DNA of 64,000 nt, taken from Blasia pusilla (taxonomy: Eukaryota). Shown piece by piece: positions 1 through 13,300 of this stretch. Below the pieces are notes generated by a model. That model was given only the letters and a program-made list of their open reading frames with translations, searched no databases and was not told where the DNA came from. The stretch lies in assembly GCA_050084515.1 (NCBI GenBank), contig CM114271.1, forward strand, positions 15,252,001 through 15,316,000, written 5' to 3'. The first letter of the stretch is position 1. Every line of letters starts with the position of its first letter. Position numbers and translations under genes: made by a program.

Positions 1-599
1 ACCGGGAAAGGCTCCTCGAGCAGGAATTGATCCCAGTAAAGGTGCAAAGCCAGTTCGTCTCCGACCTTTGAATGCTTCCCGACCCAATTCACCTCCAATC
101 CAGAAAGCAAATGAATCTCTGCCTTCAAATCCGAGTTCTGGGACCGGCTTGACTGAGAAAGCAAGAGCACAGTTGCCCGCGAAAGACACAGCCGTGCCTG
201 CCACACGACGAGAGGAATCGCCCAAGACAATAAGCGATCCACTATTTCCTCCGAGGCCAGTCGTTTCATCCACGCAAAAAGGGCCCCTCCGCGAGATGAC
301 GAGACGGCCGAACGATGTGGGCAAGCAAGGGGATCCCGACGATCCATTTGCTTGCACTCACCTGACTCAACTCATGCCCATATCGCCCATCCCGTCCACG
401 TACAGATCACAATCTGGGTAGGTGCCTTCTCCGCTCATTTAACTCCTCGTACTCAAATCAGATCAGCTGTTGAAATCTGGGAATCATTAGGAGCAAGGAT
501 TGCTGATCGTGCATCGAACTCCTCGCAATCAAATCGGTTCTTGAAGTTTATTGGTTGAGGAATTCGAGAGGTCGCATCCGTTGGTTGTCTCCAAGAACC

Positions 600-1600
600 T
601 TGAGGCATCTAGGACTGATGAAGCTTGATTGTTTTGAAGTCACAGAAAAGAGAATCAGTATCGATCAGTGATGGCACTGATGGGTAGACGACCAGTTCTG
701 CCCTCTTCCTATCCACAAACTGCCACGAACCTCTTTGGGAAAGACTAGTAGTTGAGATGCCGCAGGAACTGGTCAACCATCAATGCGTTTGTTGTAATGG
801 AGAGACAGCCCTTCTAAACGGTTTACGGCTTTTGAGGTGTTCGTTTGTGAGAAATCACATCACTATTGACACTCGGGCGGACTCGCAGGGGCATGGGCAA
901 CAAATTGCAGGACTTGGGGAGTGTAGCCAAGCCAAATCACAGCAGGTGGGCAAATTCGTAAGCTTTAATAATGAAGAGAGAAGGAATCAATCAACTTCTT
1001 GTCTATGGGACTTGGATATACAAGACTTGCTGCACCAAAGCATGCCCGATCTAGCAAAAGAAGACAGGACAGCCCCAGGTGTTCCAACTCTAGCAACCAT
1101 ACACTGATGAGGGAATTCAGCAATCTCAACCAGATTCCTACCGAGCATGAAAGCACTCACCCTTAAGTCAGGGCTCTGGAAGAGTCCAGGAAATGCCGAG
1201 TAATGGTAGCTGCAACTGAAAGGTGCCGCTTTGCAGCGTGGAGTTTGTTTGACTTGCAATCTCAGCATAGTCTTCACTTTTCGTGAGTTGAAAGTTTCTC
1301 CTCTCCCTCCATATCTGAATGTGGCCAGTGCTTGGATTAGCTCAGTGGGTATGGGGCCGGAAAGATAAAAAGCTTGTTCAGTTGGTTTCGCAAAATTCAT
1401 GGAATTGCAGTACTGTCTCTTCCTTTCCCCTTCATTTCCTAGCAGTGGGTTCTTCCTTTTGCAAAGCTCCTCATGTATATATCAACTGTCAGAGATGTGG
1501 GTGTTTGTACAGCGAATCCAACATGTTCTTGCTAGTACTTTTAGGAAAATCATCGACTGACATGCTTAATTCTCTCAAGTCGCATATTCTTAAAAGCTTC
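600..1600 (-). mobile_element. Possible heavily degraded LINE (L1-like) ORF1 remnant
   Basis: Frame-broken minus-strand peptides (IWLRLLN..LEHLG..LLD; LPKSCNL followed by a frameshifted Cys/His cluster near 870-920) loosely resemble the L1 ORF1 DUF4283/zinc-knuckle region. A Pro/Ser/Arg low-complexity tract follows toward position 1. The match is weak and by eye only. Confidence 0.25.
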
Positions 1601-2127
1601 GAAAGCTCTTGATCTTAGAAATTTAGAAAGATGGTCATCATAGAGAAAGTCCTCATTCAGCAGTTTCATCGCGTCTCCGGCACTGCCCTGGATGGGTGCG
1701 GGGGGAGGACGAGGTGCAGAAATTATCATATTAAAGGCGGAGGCTCCGTCATGTTGTGTTCAGAGCTAACCTTACATAGTATTGTTGGTGGGGAGGTTCC
1801 AGTATCAGCTAAACGCTATCTACTGACTGGGGGACCCGAAAACGTTTCTTACCAGTACAGCAGATTATGGCAGTGTACGTAGGCTATTTTCCGTACGAAC
1901 AACTCTGGTAACACCAACTTTACACTTTCATAGTGTTGTGTGAGTGCTAACCATCCATAGTGTTGTTCGTGGGGACCTTCAAGAATCGTCCAAGAAACAA
2001 TATCTAAGTGACCTGATTTAGGCCCCCAAAGACACTTTTTACGTGTACAGCGGCCTTGGGCAGTGAATTTGGGCAACTGTGTGTGACGAACTCTGGTTAG
2101 AAATTTCAGCGTTGGTTGTTGCGTTTC

Positions 2128-5100
2128 ATGGGAGGCTTCACTCAATATAATGCCTCTCGTAGTCTTGAGACCATAACCTTAGAGAGAAAATTGCTTGGGG
2201 TCTGTTTTAGTATTGAGAAAATTTCTTGTCCCGTGGACAGTGGAACTTTGCCAGAAGGCATAGAAGCTCCGCAGTCGAGGGACCAAAACATGAGGCGACT
2301 CTACGTGCACGATGAAGACCGCGTGCTTCTCAAGGTGACTATATCCACAGTGAGGCGACCTAACGAGTTGGAGCGATCAGATCCAGGTTTCTTAGGCTAT
2401 GCGCAAGTCATGTCATGATAGATACTCAACACCAAGTCTTACTTCGAGGCAAGCCAGACACGAATGAGCTCAGTGAAGTGTCATTCATAGCTAAAACTTC
2501 TGCTCATTTCCTCAAGCGATGCTTCAGGTGGTGCACTACGGGAACCCAACCTCGGTGGGCATCGAATTCGATGAAGCCGGGGAATGGCAATTCAAGCCCT
2601 TGTGGTAAAGGAAAATCGGAACCAACTTGAACTTCATGCTCTGATTTGCACTCAGCGATATTGAAATTATGAGCTTACAAATAAACCGATTTGATTTCGA
2701 AGTTTTTTATTGTGTTGACGGAACCAGGAAAACTTCCTTCACAGCTTAGTCCTTCTGGGGAATCTATCACTCCCTCGCATTGTGAATTTCAGCTCACCCT
2801 CTGTAATTCCCGTGCTGCTAGATTTTCTGATCAGCTGAATAAGAATGAGTTGTCGGCTTCGTAGCCTGAGCTGTCCTTGGCCTCATTAAAGTATGATCAG
2901 AGCTGCAGGACTCAGCGTGCCGGTCCACGGGCCCAAATCTACTTTCAGCCATCATCTGTAATCTTCTCACTCATTTCTACATCTCCTCGATGAGGTCCAT
3001 GTTGATAATTTTCTCCTAACCGCCATGAGGAGAGGGAAACTGAATATGACGCACGCTTGTACACAATTTGTTTAATAGTAGGTAGCAACGATCATAAATG
3101 ACTTACTCATAATAAACACTGTAGGGCGAAGGGAGCTGAATTTGATACATGGTTGCCCCCAATCAATCTATCGAGTAGGTGGTAGTAAGAATTATGGATC
3201 CTGATAAGAGTTTACCGGAGACTAGTTCCACATTTTTACCCCGGACAAATATAACTACTCCACGGTAATTCCACACCAAAGAGCAGACGAGCAGACGAGC
3301 AGATACAAAGTCTTTCCATAATCCTTTCTGTACAGATATTGGCCACTATCAGACCATACATGCGATGGAACATGCTTGTTGAACACCAACACTAGCTTGT
3401 AAAATCCTACCAGGTGAAGGCAGCAATTGTAACCTGTGGAGGGCTTTGCCCGGGTCTCAATGACGTGATCCGCCAGGTACTTAGGCTCATATCCTGCTTC
3501 GGTACTGCATGCTATCTTGTCGGATGGAGTTTTTTTTTATTGTTGCTCTCCAAAGAGTAGGCAAGGAGTGGGATTGAACATCATTTCACTTAAAAGCTCT
3601 TTGAGAAGGGGATGGGAACGACAGATCTTGATAATGTCGAACCTTCAAGATGCACCTTTCACTGAAGAAAAAACGTCACTCTTTGAACTTTTCTGATGCT
3701 CGAACAGGTGGTGTTTACTCTTGACGTGTATGGAGTAAAGGAGATTTTGGGCATCCAGTATGGTTTCAAAGGCTTCGTCGATCCTAAGTATCCACCTGTT
3801 GCAGTTACTTCCCTCTCTCTGTTTATTTGAAAGAAATTCCACATGGGGGTTCGTCACAACACAGTTTGGGCTTTCACTCTGATGACAAATCTGTTTTACG
3901 GGCACTCTTCTGGAACTGGGCATCTCTGTGAGGAATCACAGAGATGCTCAGTACTGTAGATTTAATTCTTAAAGGGCTCTGTGTCGTATCCTAAATGTAC
4001 CTTGTCATTCTGTGATTCCATTCTAGAGGAGTAGCTGAGGCAAAATTGTGCTGGACAAGAACGGGATTTAGTCCAACTTTCAAAGCATGATGAATTTGGT
4101 ATTGTCTTCTGGTGGGAACAGCTGACCCGCAAGTTGGTGTCACGTCTACACATGGCTGGCGGGAGCTTCTTAGGTGTCTCTCGGGGTACTCCAGATCTGA
4201 ACGACGTGGTGGATAGACTGCAGGTTTGTCAAACATGAGTGAGTCTACCCATGTCAACCTTGACGGTTGTGATCAGACTTTTTCTATGGCCCCTTGGGTC
4301 CCTCTTTTTTCTTTCCAGATTTATTGAGTCTTTTTCAGTCATTAGGGAGATTTTCTGCTCACTGTGATTTACACCCTTCTCAGCTCTGGTCATCATTTTT
4401 CGTCCAGTCCTTTAGGTTCCTTTGGTTTCTTTCATAATAAGTTTTTCCTATCCTTCAATTCTTAGATTGTTTCTTTTGTCTAGACTTGGAATGCTCATTT
4501 TTTATTTTCTTGTAGATAGTGGGTAGGTGCAGTATGAGGGTCAGTCCTGGTATTAGCTTTTAAATGTCTCTAAACAATCAGGGTGATAGACACTAACATA
4601 GCATTACTAAGTGACTCACATCTTAATCTGTTGGGAATCTCTGGATCTCTCGTTCTTTTTTGTTATTGTTTGTGTGCAGGATTGGGGCATCAATTTTTTT
4701 TTTGTGATTGGTGGCAACGGCTCACATGCTGGGGCGCATGAGATTTACAAAAGAGTAAGATCTGCGATGTGTATGGCATGTGTTTCACATTGCAACTCTT
4801 GGTCTGGAAAAGTTAGGTTCCATTCTCATAGCTTCTTTGGTACTCCACCTACATGAGCTTTGATCATGGGCAGGAGGATCTCACATTCTATGTTTTCTTT
4901 CAGTGTGTGGAACGCAAAATGAAAATTGCAATCGTTGGGATTCCGAAAACAATTGACAATGATCTACAACTTTTTGACAAGACTTTTGGTTTTGATACCT
5001 CAGTAGAAGAAGCGCAGCGTGCTATCAATGCTGCCTTTGTTGAGGTACTCATTGTGATTATTAACACCAAAATTTGTAGTTAATTGTACTATCCCCTGAA

Positions 5101-7796
5101 ACATGCACGAGGTCCACTTTTGTGATTGATTATCCAAACTCGTGTAAGGATGTAATGGTCCAAGAAGGATTATCTGGTTGAAACCTGCTACCATTTCCAG
5201 AGTTGTGTGTTGAGATGTGAAGGGATTGATTCTCAGAAATTATATTGAGTGCATCTGTGTTATATGGGATTCCAAATACGTACATAGATGTGTAGGAATC
5301 ATTTGTATTACTAGTTCATTGATTTCAGGCAAGCAGTGCGTATAACGGTGTGGGCATTGTCAAGCTCATGGGAAGACAGAGCGGTTTCATAGCTATGTAC
5401 GCCACTTTGGCCAGTGGTCAGGTGGACATCGTCCTCATCCCAGAGGTCTGTCTCTCCCTCATCCCATGCCAAGATAGCAACACCAAGCAAATCAACCTCC
5501 CTTCTTTTTGGAACTCTAAAGATTCAGGGTTGAAGAATATGAAGGTTTGGCATTAATGGCTCCAACTTTGACATATTACTTTCTTAGAAATATATATGTT
5601 ACGGTCAACTACACACTCATACTCAATTCGTCAATCTGTATCGGCAGGTAACTACATTCTTCCACTAGGAGAAACTTCTTCCTGCCTGCACTATACTCCC
5701 CACTTCATAGTGCCAATACAAATTTCTTGTTTTCTCTACCTTTCTTATTTCCAGCTTTGTGAACCCCAACACTCGCTCACATCCTCCATGGGCTGCTGGT
5801 CAGGTACCTTTTGTATTGGAAGGGGAATCTGGTGTATATGCTTTCATGCATAAAAGGCTGGAGAAGAATGGGCTGTGTGTTGTGGTCATTGCAGAGGGTG
5901 CAGGACAGGTCAGTGGATTTGATTATGGCATGTTCTCTCTCCATATTTTCCAGAGATGGGTTATCGAGTGAGTGAAAATGGTTTAAAGAACCAAAGCTCA
6001 TCCAAATTTCACATATGGACCAGTTTGCAAAAAAATGCAGTTCCTGAATCTTCAATGAATGGAAATAATTGCAACTTCGAAGATGCTGGCTCTGCTTTGA
6101 CAATAATGTAGGGATATCATCCCTTTGCCTGACAAGATCCTCATTTACTCAAGCCCTGCAGAGGAAATGATTGATCACTCCGGCTGCTGAAGTAAAAACC
6201 TTCTGCTGCTATTACTGAAATTGTGCTTATAAACTATTGATATCATGCTCCATGAATTGAACTTCATGCTCAACAATTTTGAGATCTCTGATAGTTCCAC
6301 CTTTGTGCACTTGCAGGAGCTCCTGGAAAGTTCTGGTGGCGTGGATGCTTCAGGAAATCCAATACTTGGGGATATTGGTAAATGGTTCTTCAGCCAGGTC
6401 GGCCTCCGAAGGACTTTGAAAATTCATAGCTGAAAGGAACTTACAGCACTCTACTACATACAGAAAGCGATATTCTATGATACGAAAAAGGATCTGAACT
6501 GAGCATTAAGATGCATAATGTAACAATACAACCACAATCAAGCAAGTAAAACATCCCTCTAAGGTCTTTTGGTGCCAACTGCACAGATAATGCCAGCTAT
6601 TGCTAAGGTATGCACAAGTGGGCCTCTAGCAGCCGGATTCCCTACCACCTGCTAGACGTGTATTGGTCTTTAGCCACATGGCCATGGATGAAGTGGAATT
6701 TTGAGTGACTGATTTTGGTGCAGGTGAAAGCTTACTTTGGCAAGATCAAGGTCCCCATTGATGTTAAGTACATAGACCCTACTTACATGATCCGAGCAAG
6801 GCATTGCAACTCCTCGGACCACATTTTTTGCAGCGTTCTTGGTCAAAATGCGGTGAGTTTGGCCGTTTGGATTTTGTATGTCGTCTGTTAGGTGAGCGAG
6901 CCTTGGGATGATGGCAGGCGTAATACTAGAATATTTGTTTAAGCAGAAAGATGCACGAGCCAGGAAGACTAAAGTGGAGTAAGATACTTTGAGGGTATCG
7001 GCATCCATTTCTTTTCACTTGTTGCCCTTATAAACATCAAATTTCGGAATTCTTTAAGCTTAGCAGTTTGGAAAAGTGGTGGTTAAGTCTATGAATCCCT
7101 TCTACATTTTCAGCAGTGTGGACAAGGTCCAGGACGACGTCCTGATAAATTATGAAGCTACCCTCTGCATACCAGAATGAAGATGACATTAGCAGGGATA
7201 GTTCAGTGTTGTTTTCCAAAGAACAGGGGAAAGTCCTTGGGAACTGAGTTAGATGATGATTTCTGCCGTCAATCTATGCCCAAAGCTCCACTCAGTACAG
7301 TTGGCACAAGTTTTAGAAAAGACGATCACCGTTTTCTTATTTTCTTTGAATCTCCTGAACTGTGCAGGTCCATGGAGCGTTTGCTGGTTACACAGATATA
7401 ACTGTAGGTCTTGTAAATACCCACTACGTTTTCCTGCCCATCCCCAAAGTGATTGAGGTACCTCGCAAGGTGGATCCAAACAGTAATATGTGGCACCGAA
7501 CTGTCACCTCCACTGGGCAACCTGATTTTCCTACTCAGAAGATAGGTCTTGCAGTAGTTCCAAGTGTCAGCAGCCTCTCGCAGGACACCTCTGGATCCAA
7601 GTCACCAAAGTCTCAAGAAACAACACTGTCAAGGTCTCAGTCTCCTGAACCTGGATCAACTGAGGATTCCTCCTACCGATCTAACACTCCTACACGACCT
7701 CAACGGCGAATCTCTCAATTGTCCATAAGAATTGATAAAAACAACGTGCAGATAAGGTCTGTCGACAACTACTTCAAGAAGAAGACTCAACGGTGA
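2128..7796 (+). CDS. PFK5: ATP-dependent 6-phosphofructokinase, PFK5-like (13 exons)
   Basis: GT-AG exons at 2128-2334, 2528-2604, 2909-2957, 3414-3476, 3708-3803, 4122-4223, 4680-4754, 4904-5044, 5329-5445, 5804-5908, 6317-6397, 6724-6852 and 7368-7796 join in frame. Motifs: [81 protein letters not shown]. The start codon is uncertain because an upstream exon is possible. Confidence 0.92.
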
Positions 7797-9112
7797 TGGC
7801 TTTCGCAAGGCCCTTGTGTGTAGCTTCTAGCCTGACCTGGAAGCGATGTTTCTTTCCCACCTCATCAGTAAAGAAATTCCAAAGGTTTGGGATGCCCTTT
7901 TTTTTCTCTTCTTTCATCAGCTCTTACTTAAGCTGACATCTGGGTGATCTGCATTTCTAGATACGCGACATGTCTATTATTCTTTGACTAGAAGTCATGG
8001 CGCTGGTGACATTCCCATCTTGTGATCTATCCTTTGGCCGGAAGATTTCTTCCAAGCGTGATTGTGGGAGTGAAGTGCTATTTTGAGTGACTAGGAATTC
8101 GAAACTGCTAAGTAGCAGTGGAAGTTCACCGATAATAATCCTGATAGTGGATCACAGTCTTTGCTCCATATCCTGGTGGCAAAAACAACAGCAGTGCGAA
8201 AGAAAAGGACTTGCTTTCGTCCATCACAGAAAGACGCATCCTTTTGAATTGCAATTTGTGATCTCGTCCTCAGTGAATCTGTCGAGAAGGGCTGTGAAGA
8301 AATTGAGTATGTGCTATGGGTCGTCAGTTGGAATGGCATCATTCCTGAGGTTGGTTCAGAGGTAAAGGAGAACCCTTATTAATGCAGCTTGGACAGCAGT
8401 TTTGACGTTCAGTAGATGTGTGATCGCTACTCAAAATGATAATCTCAAGGCCTCACAACGATATTAGAGTGAGAGAATCTTTGTACCATCCCTGTTCGGA
8501 CAAGCAATAACAAAGTCATGAATCTTGTGAACGGCTGTGTTCACGATACCTGAACCATGGCCTCAAGATTTCCGTGACTGTACATGTGTGAATTCTGGAA
8601 AATCACTGCCATCTTGAAAGTTTTGCAGCAAGTTGCTCCCATCCTACCTTCAACCCACACATTCGCTCTCGAACTGCTGACTCGTCCATTCTTTCATTTG
8701 TCAGCTGACGCTCTTGATCCACATGAATTTCGGTAAGATGGGGGCATCGCTCCTCGCAATGTCACACTGTTTGGCTTCACTACTGTTTGGCTTCAATGCT
8801 AGGTGCTGAATAAACGTAACGGAGGGTTTGAGGAGCATGGTGCTACAGTGGTTGGTAGCTTGGGGTTTACAATAGTGAATAGAAACTTATAGAATTACTC
8901 AAGTAACTTAGTGTCTTACCACAGTAAATAGTAATAGGTTGTTATCATAGATTTACTTCAGTAATTCACAGAAATACCATAATGATTCTGCGAATTATTA
9001 TGGGTGGCAGACCCTAACCCTAAAACCTAGAACTTCATTTTTTGACTGTATATAACCTTTAAAGGGTGCTGTTTGTGCACATCTTTCTGAGCTTGAGGAG
9101 CTGATTGGTTGC

Positions 9113-9370
9113 TAACCTGAGTGGAATGTTCTTTTGACCTTAGTAGTGCAGTGTGCTTCTGTTTACTGAGTGGTCAGCTGACCTGAGGGTTTCCATGAGT
9201 TGTGATGCAAGGTATCTAGTAGTACTAACCCGAGTGGTTGCTATTGCACTAAGTGTGCTTGTGAATGCTAGGTAGTGTGGAGGTACAGGTAGTCTAGTTC
9301 TTTCCTCTACAATATAACCTGAGTGGTTCCTATTGCACTAGGTGTGCTTGTGGGAACTAGGTTGTAGAGA
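9113..9370. repeat. Degenerate direct repeats, probably transposon-derived
   Basis: TAACC(C/T)GAGTGGTT(G/C)CTATTGCACTA(A/G)GTGTGCTTGTG recurs at about 9226 and 9315, with a more diverged copy at about 9113. Confidence 0.5.
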
Positions 9371-10355
9371 AACTCTGATATTTTAAAATAGTCAAGCGAA
9401 TAGTGTTCAACAGAGGACTTCCGATTATGGGGTATTGCGAACATTAGTGTCACAAGTTTGGCAGACCCAAGCATTTGAGTAAATTCCTACTCTAATGGGG
9501 CATGGAATATTTTGACATGAACATTTACCCCTACATCTCACCACACTATCTGCACGCTCTCTGGTGCATCTCATTCAGCTCCACAGAGAGGAAGATGTAC
9601 ACACTGATCTCTACAAACATAGGAAATGTTCGTACTGAACAGTTCAGAAAGAGTTTGTATCATAGGATCCGGAATTAGGAGTACTCGCGTGAGTCCGGCA
9701 AAACGACGTGACCGCCGGCCCGCTTAGGCGAAGGTGGCAGCTCCTTATAGTCTTTTTTTTTTTTGAATGCCGCATTCCCAAATTCGATAAATTTACGTTT
9801 TATATGTATATATCGAATTTCTTCTTCGCCAAGACTCACATAAATCGGATCGTTATCGCGGAGCCGCGGTCAATTCATTTTTATCATCCTTTTTTATATA
9901 AAAAATCTGAAGCCGACAGGAGCTTTAAAAAAAATGCAGCGGGTCATTGTATAGCTCTAAAGGACTGGGACATGAGTACCGGCCGGGGCAAAGGAAACGG
10001 ATATCTCGGATGTCACGCCTGGGCCAAAGGTCGCTCCGGCGTGTACAGGTTCTTGCTTCATGTAATTCTCTATTTACTGTAATGCTTAACCTCAAGAATG
10101 CCGCATCAGTCTCCTGAACTCAACCACAGACTGTGACTAGACAGGTAAATTAATCACTTTTATTGCCTCTCCAAAACCATCCTATATCCATGATGGTGGA
10201 TTTGACAGTTCGCTGTACTCATTCACAAAGTAGCCAGAAAGTTTCAGGGCCATCATGATCAGCATTGATATGCTCAATTTTGCCCAGTGGAGAAGCCAAA
10301 TACTTGAGGGATCTCAGCAAACTCAGTGATCTGCAGAAATATAGTCACACAAGAC

Positions 10356-13300
10356 TCACGTGGCTAAAGTTATATGAGGGCAAAAGATACTGGGTGCATC
10401 GCAGCCCAAAACATCCTTATAGTTTCTTGTGATGAAAAATTTGTCATAAACAAGCCCATCTCTGCTCTTTTTGTACTCAAAAAGCAAAGTTGAGTGGTTA
10501 TAGGCAGTAAGCTGGGTGAATCCAAAATCAAAGTCCTTGAAATAGCTCCAAGTTGTGTTCCAAGGTGCAAATGATGTCAAGCCAGCTCCTCCTCCTCCTG
10601 CCACTACATGTATGGTTGCATTGTATTTCCCTGAATAGTGCTCTCTCTCTTGACTTACACAAGAATTCTGCAAGTTTCAGACAAAGTTCATATGAGAAAT
10701 CTTCGTTTAAGAGACCCTTCTATCAAATCTAACCATGAATTGCATCCACGTTTCTGCAGAGGTAGTAATCAAGTAAGAGTTATCAAACTAAACAATGATA
10801 ACAGGTCAGCAGGATAAAGGGAGCTAGTTTTAAAAGAGGGTGCTGTACCAAGAAGGTTTTAGGTTCAGATCTTTAGACTTAAATAGAAGACTTCTTGTAA
10901 GAACAGTGACACATACAATCTAAGCAAGTACAGAAGAAATCATACCTCATGAACTGGACAAGTGCGCTCATAATTATGGGCATGACCGTAGAAAGCAATG
11001 TCAACCTTATACTTTTGCCAAAGTGTCTCCAATACTCTTCCCATGGGCTCACCAAAAGAACCTTTGACTGCATAAAAATTTGTAGATGAGTAACCCAATA
11101 CACGGTGTGCTATGAAGATTAACCATGGCTGCTTTTGGCGGTCAGCTGATGCAAAGCACTGCTCCAAAAATTTATACTGCTCTGTGCCTTCAGCCCAATC
11201 ATATTCCGAATTTGCGACACAGAATCGAAACATGCCCCAGTCTGTCTGATACCTGCAATGTCCAGCATACATCGTTCATTGGCAGATGGCCCAAAAAAAT
11301 TTCAAATTCCTTCCCCTAATACTGACATTCCTGACAGTAAAAGAGAGAGTTAACAGGATGTGCTACAATGGCCAGGAGAAAAACAAGATGCACAAGGCAG
11401 AAGATGACAGTCACGTGTCCAATTTACTAAGAGATGAGGTGGAGTTTTCACTGTCCCTTCAGAGATAGACCCAGCACTGTTCTAGAGAGTAGAAATGCCT
11501 GCGCAGATCTCTAAACTCCCTGGAAGGCTGAAGATCATCATGCGGATGGTTAAATCGTTTTCTGGACTAGCTAGCTCTGCTTTGTCAGAGCAGAGAGTTC
11601 GGAGCTAGTCACTGGTTGGGTTCTGTATCATGCGTTCTACAGTCCTTGTTTAACTCTTGATCTCTGTCTCAAACCTGGTTTTTTAACTGTCATTTAGAAA
11701 TAGGCCACTCGTTGCACGCAGGTGGACTATTTGATAGTTGAACCCTCTAGACTAATGCATCGTATCTACAGAAGCTGGGAAAAAGACCCATCACTTAGTT
11801 GAACAACAAATTTCTAAGACCAGAGGTAGAGTTCTTGGCAAAGTGTTCTTCTCGTCAGGGTAACAGCCAAAATCACAGATGTGAACATCTGGTCGGATGT
11901 CATCAATCCTGCCACTTAAAGACAACAATGCAGGAATCAAAGCAGCCCAATTGATATTCCCCTCGTATCAAATGATACAATTCATAAACCCTGGGAGACA
12001 AAAAAAGAGTATCCTATGAACAACAAATACAATTGAATCATGAAAGGGCTAATGTGACAAGCTCAAGTCCTGAAGTAATTGCTCAGGAGATATCTAAACA
12101 GAGATTCAACGACATTCAGTGCTTACCAGAATTTTTCCCTATTCGTTGCAGGCATATTGAAGATAGTTTGTGCTGGAACCCCGCACTCACCCCCAGAGTC
12201 AGCAGTGTTGTAAAATGACCCAGTGGATGGCCAGTCACGCTCATGATTTCCACTGTTGAAGAATAATAACAAACAAATGGTGAATATGTAGAATCGGTAT
12301 TGCACCCGAACCCCTCCCCTTAACTCCAGGAAAATATCATGCTATGCATGAATTCTTCTGAACCACTCTTGACCTTTCACCCTATCCACTGGATTGCCAA
12401 TTCTATCTCATGTAGATGGTGGGTCTGGACTAGTGCAGCTTTGATATACTGTACGCAGAGTCTAATGATGCACATGTCTGAATATGGGGGTGAATACAGG
12501 AAGACAAATTACAGAAAGGAAAAATGATTCGATCATCACCTGGCCACCATGAACGGCACACGGGAAGACAAGACTTCGATTTGTTCAAGAAACTCATCCC
12601 ACTGGGAAATATATCCATTTGCATAAGCCAAGTCTCCAATCAGAAAAATTGCGTCATAATTTTCTATGTCTGCTGCGAGAGTGTCAGTAGTATTCAAACA
12701 TCCTGGTTGATAGTTGCTGTATTCATTGGATCCGTCGCGCTCAGCCTGGGAGATGGAATCACTTAACATATTTCAGCTTCGACAGCATGGTCCAGGGAAT
12801 CCAAAATCACCTCTTCTTGGTCAGTATGACAATCCATATACTACACAAGTCCCACACCATGGTGATGAGTTTCAACTGTTACCATCCATGAACTTTTGTC
12901 CTCAATGAATCCTAAATAAAAGTACCAATGCCAACAGAGGCCTATCCATGTAGTCACTATCCAACTTCGAATGTTGAGGAAATCAAAAGAGAATTATCTT
13001 GAGGAGAAAAAGACTCTACCTTCCCCATATCACCAAAGATAACCACCCGTTGCAATGAATCTTGACCTGGGAAAGGGGGGGATGTGAAGAAGCTCTCTCG
13101 CCCCCAGATATATGATCGATTTCCCAGATTATGGCCTACTTGGTAAAAATACCTAGTCAGATGAAACCAGCAACCATTCATGAGCTCCATTCTTCTCATG
13201 GTTCTAGTAACTTGACTTCAAAAGCAGAAGATAAACTTGAAAACGTTAAGTATCTCTTGCATTTGAGAGGTTTCTGAGAGACCCTCCATATATCTGGAGT

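Noticed and set aside
1820-2080. Possible small transposon upstream of PFK
   Set aside because: No TIRs, TSD or second copy could be identified in the window.
9011-9030. Telomere-like CCCTAA(A) motifs (also near 26108, 48975 and 52797)
   Set aside because: Only 1-2 units each; consistent with chance or telo-boxes, not interstitial telomere arrays.
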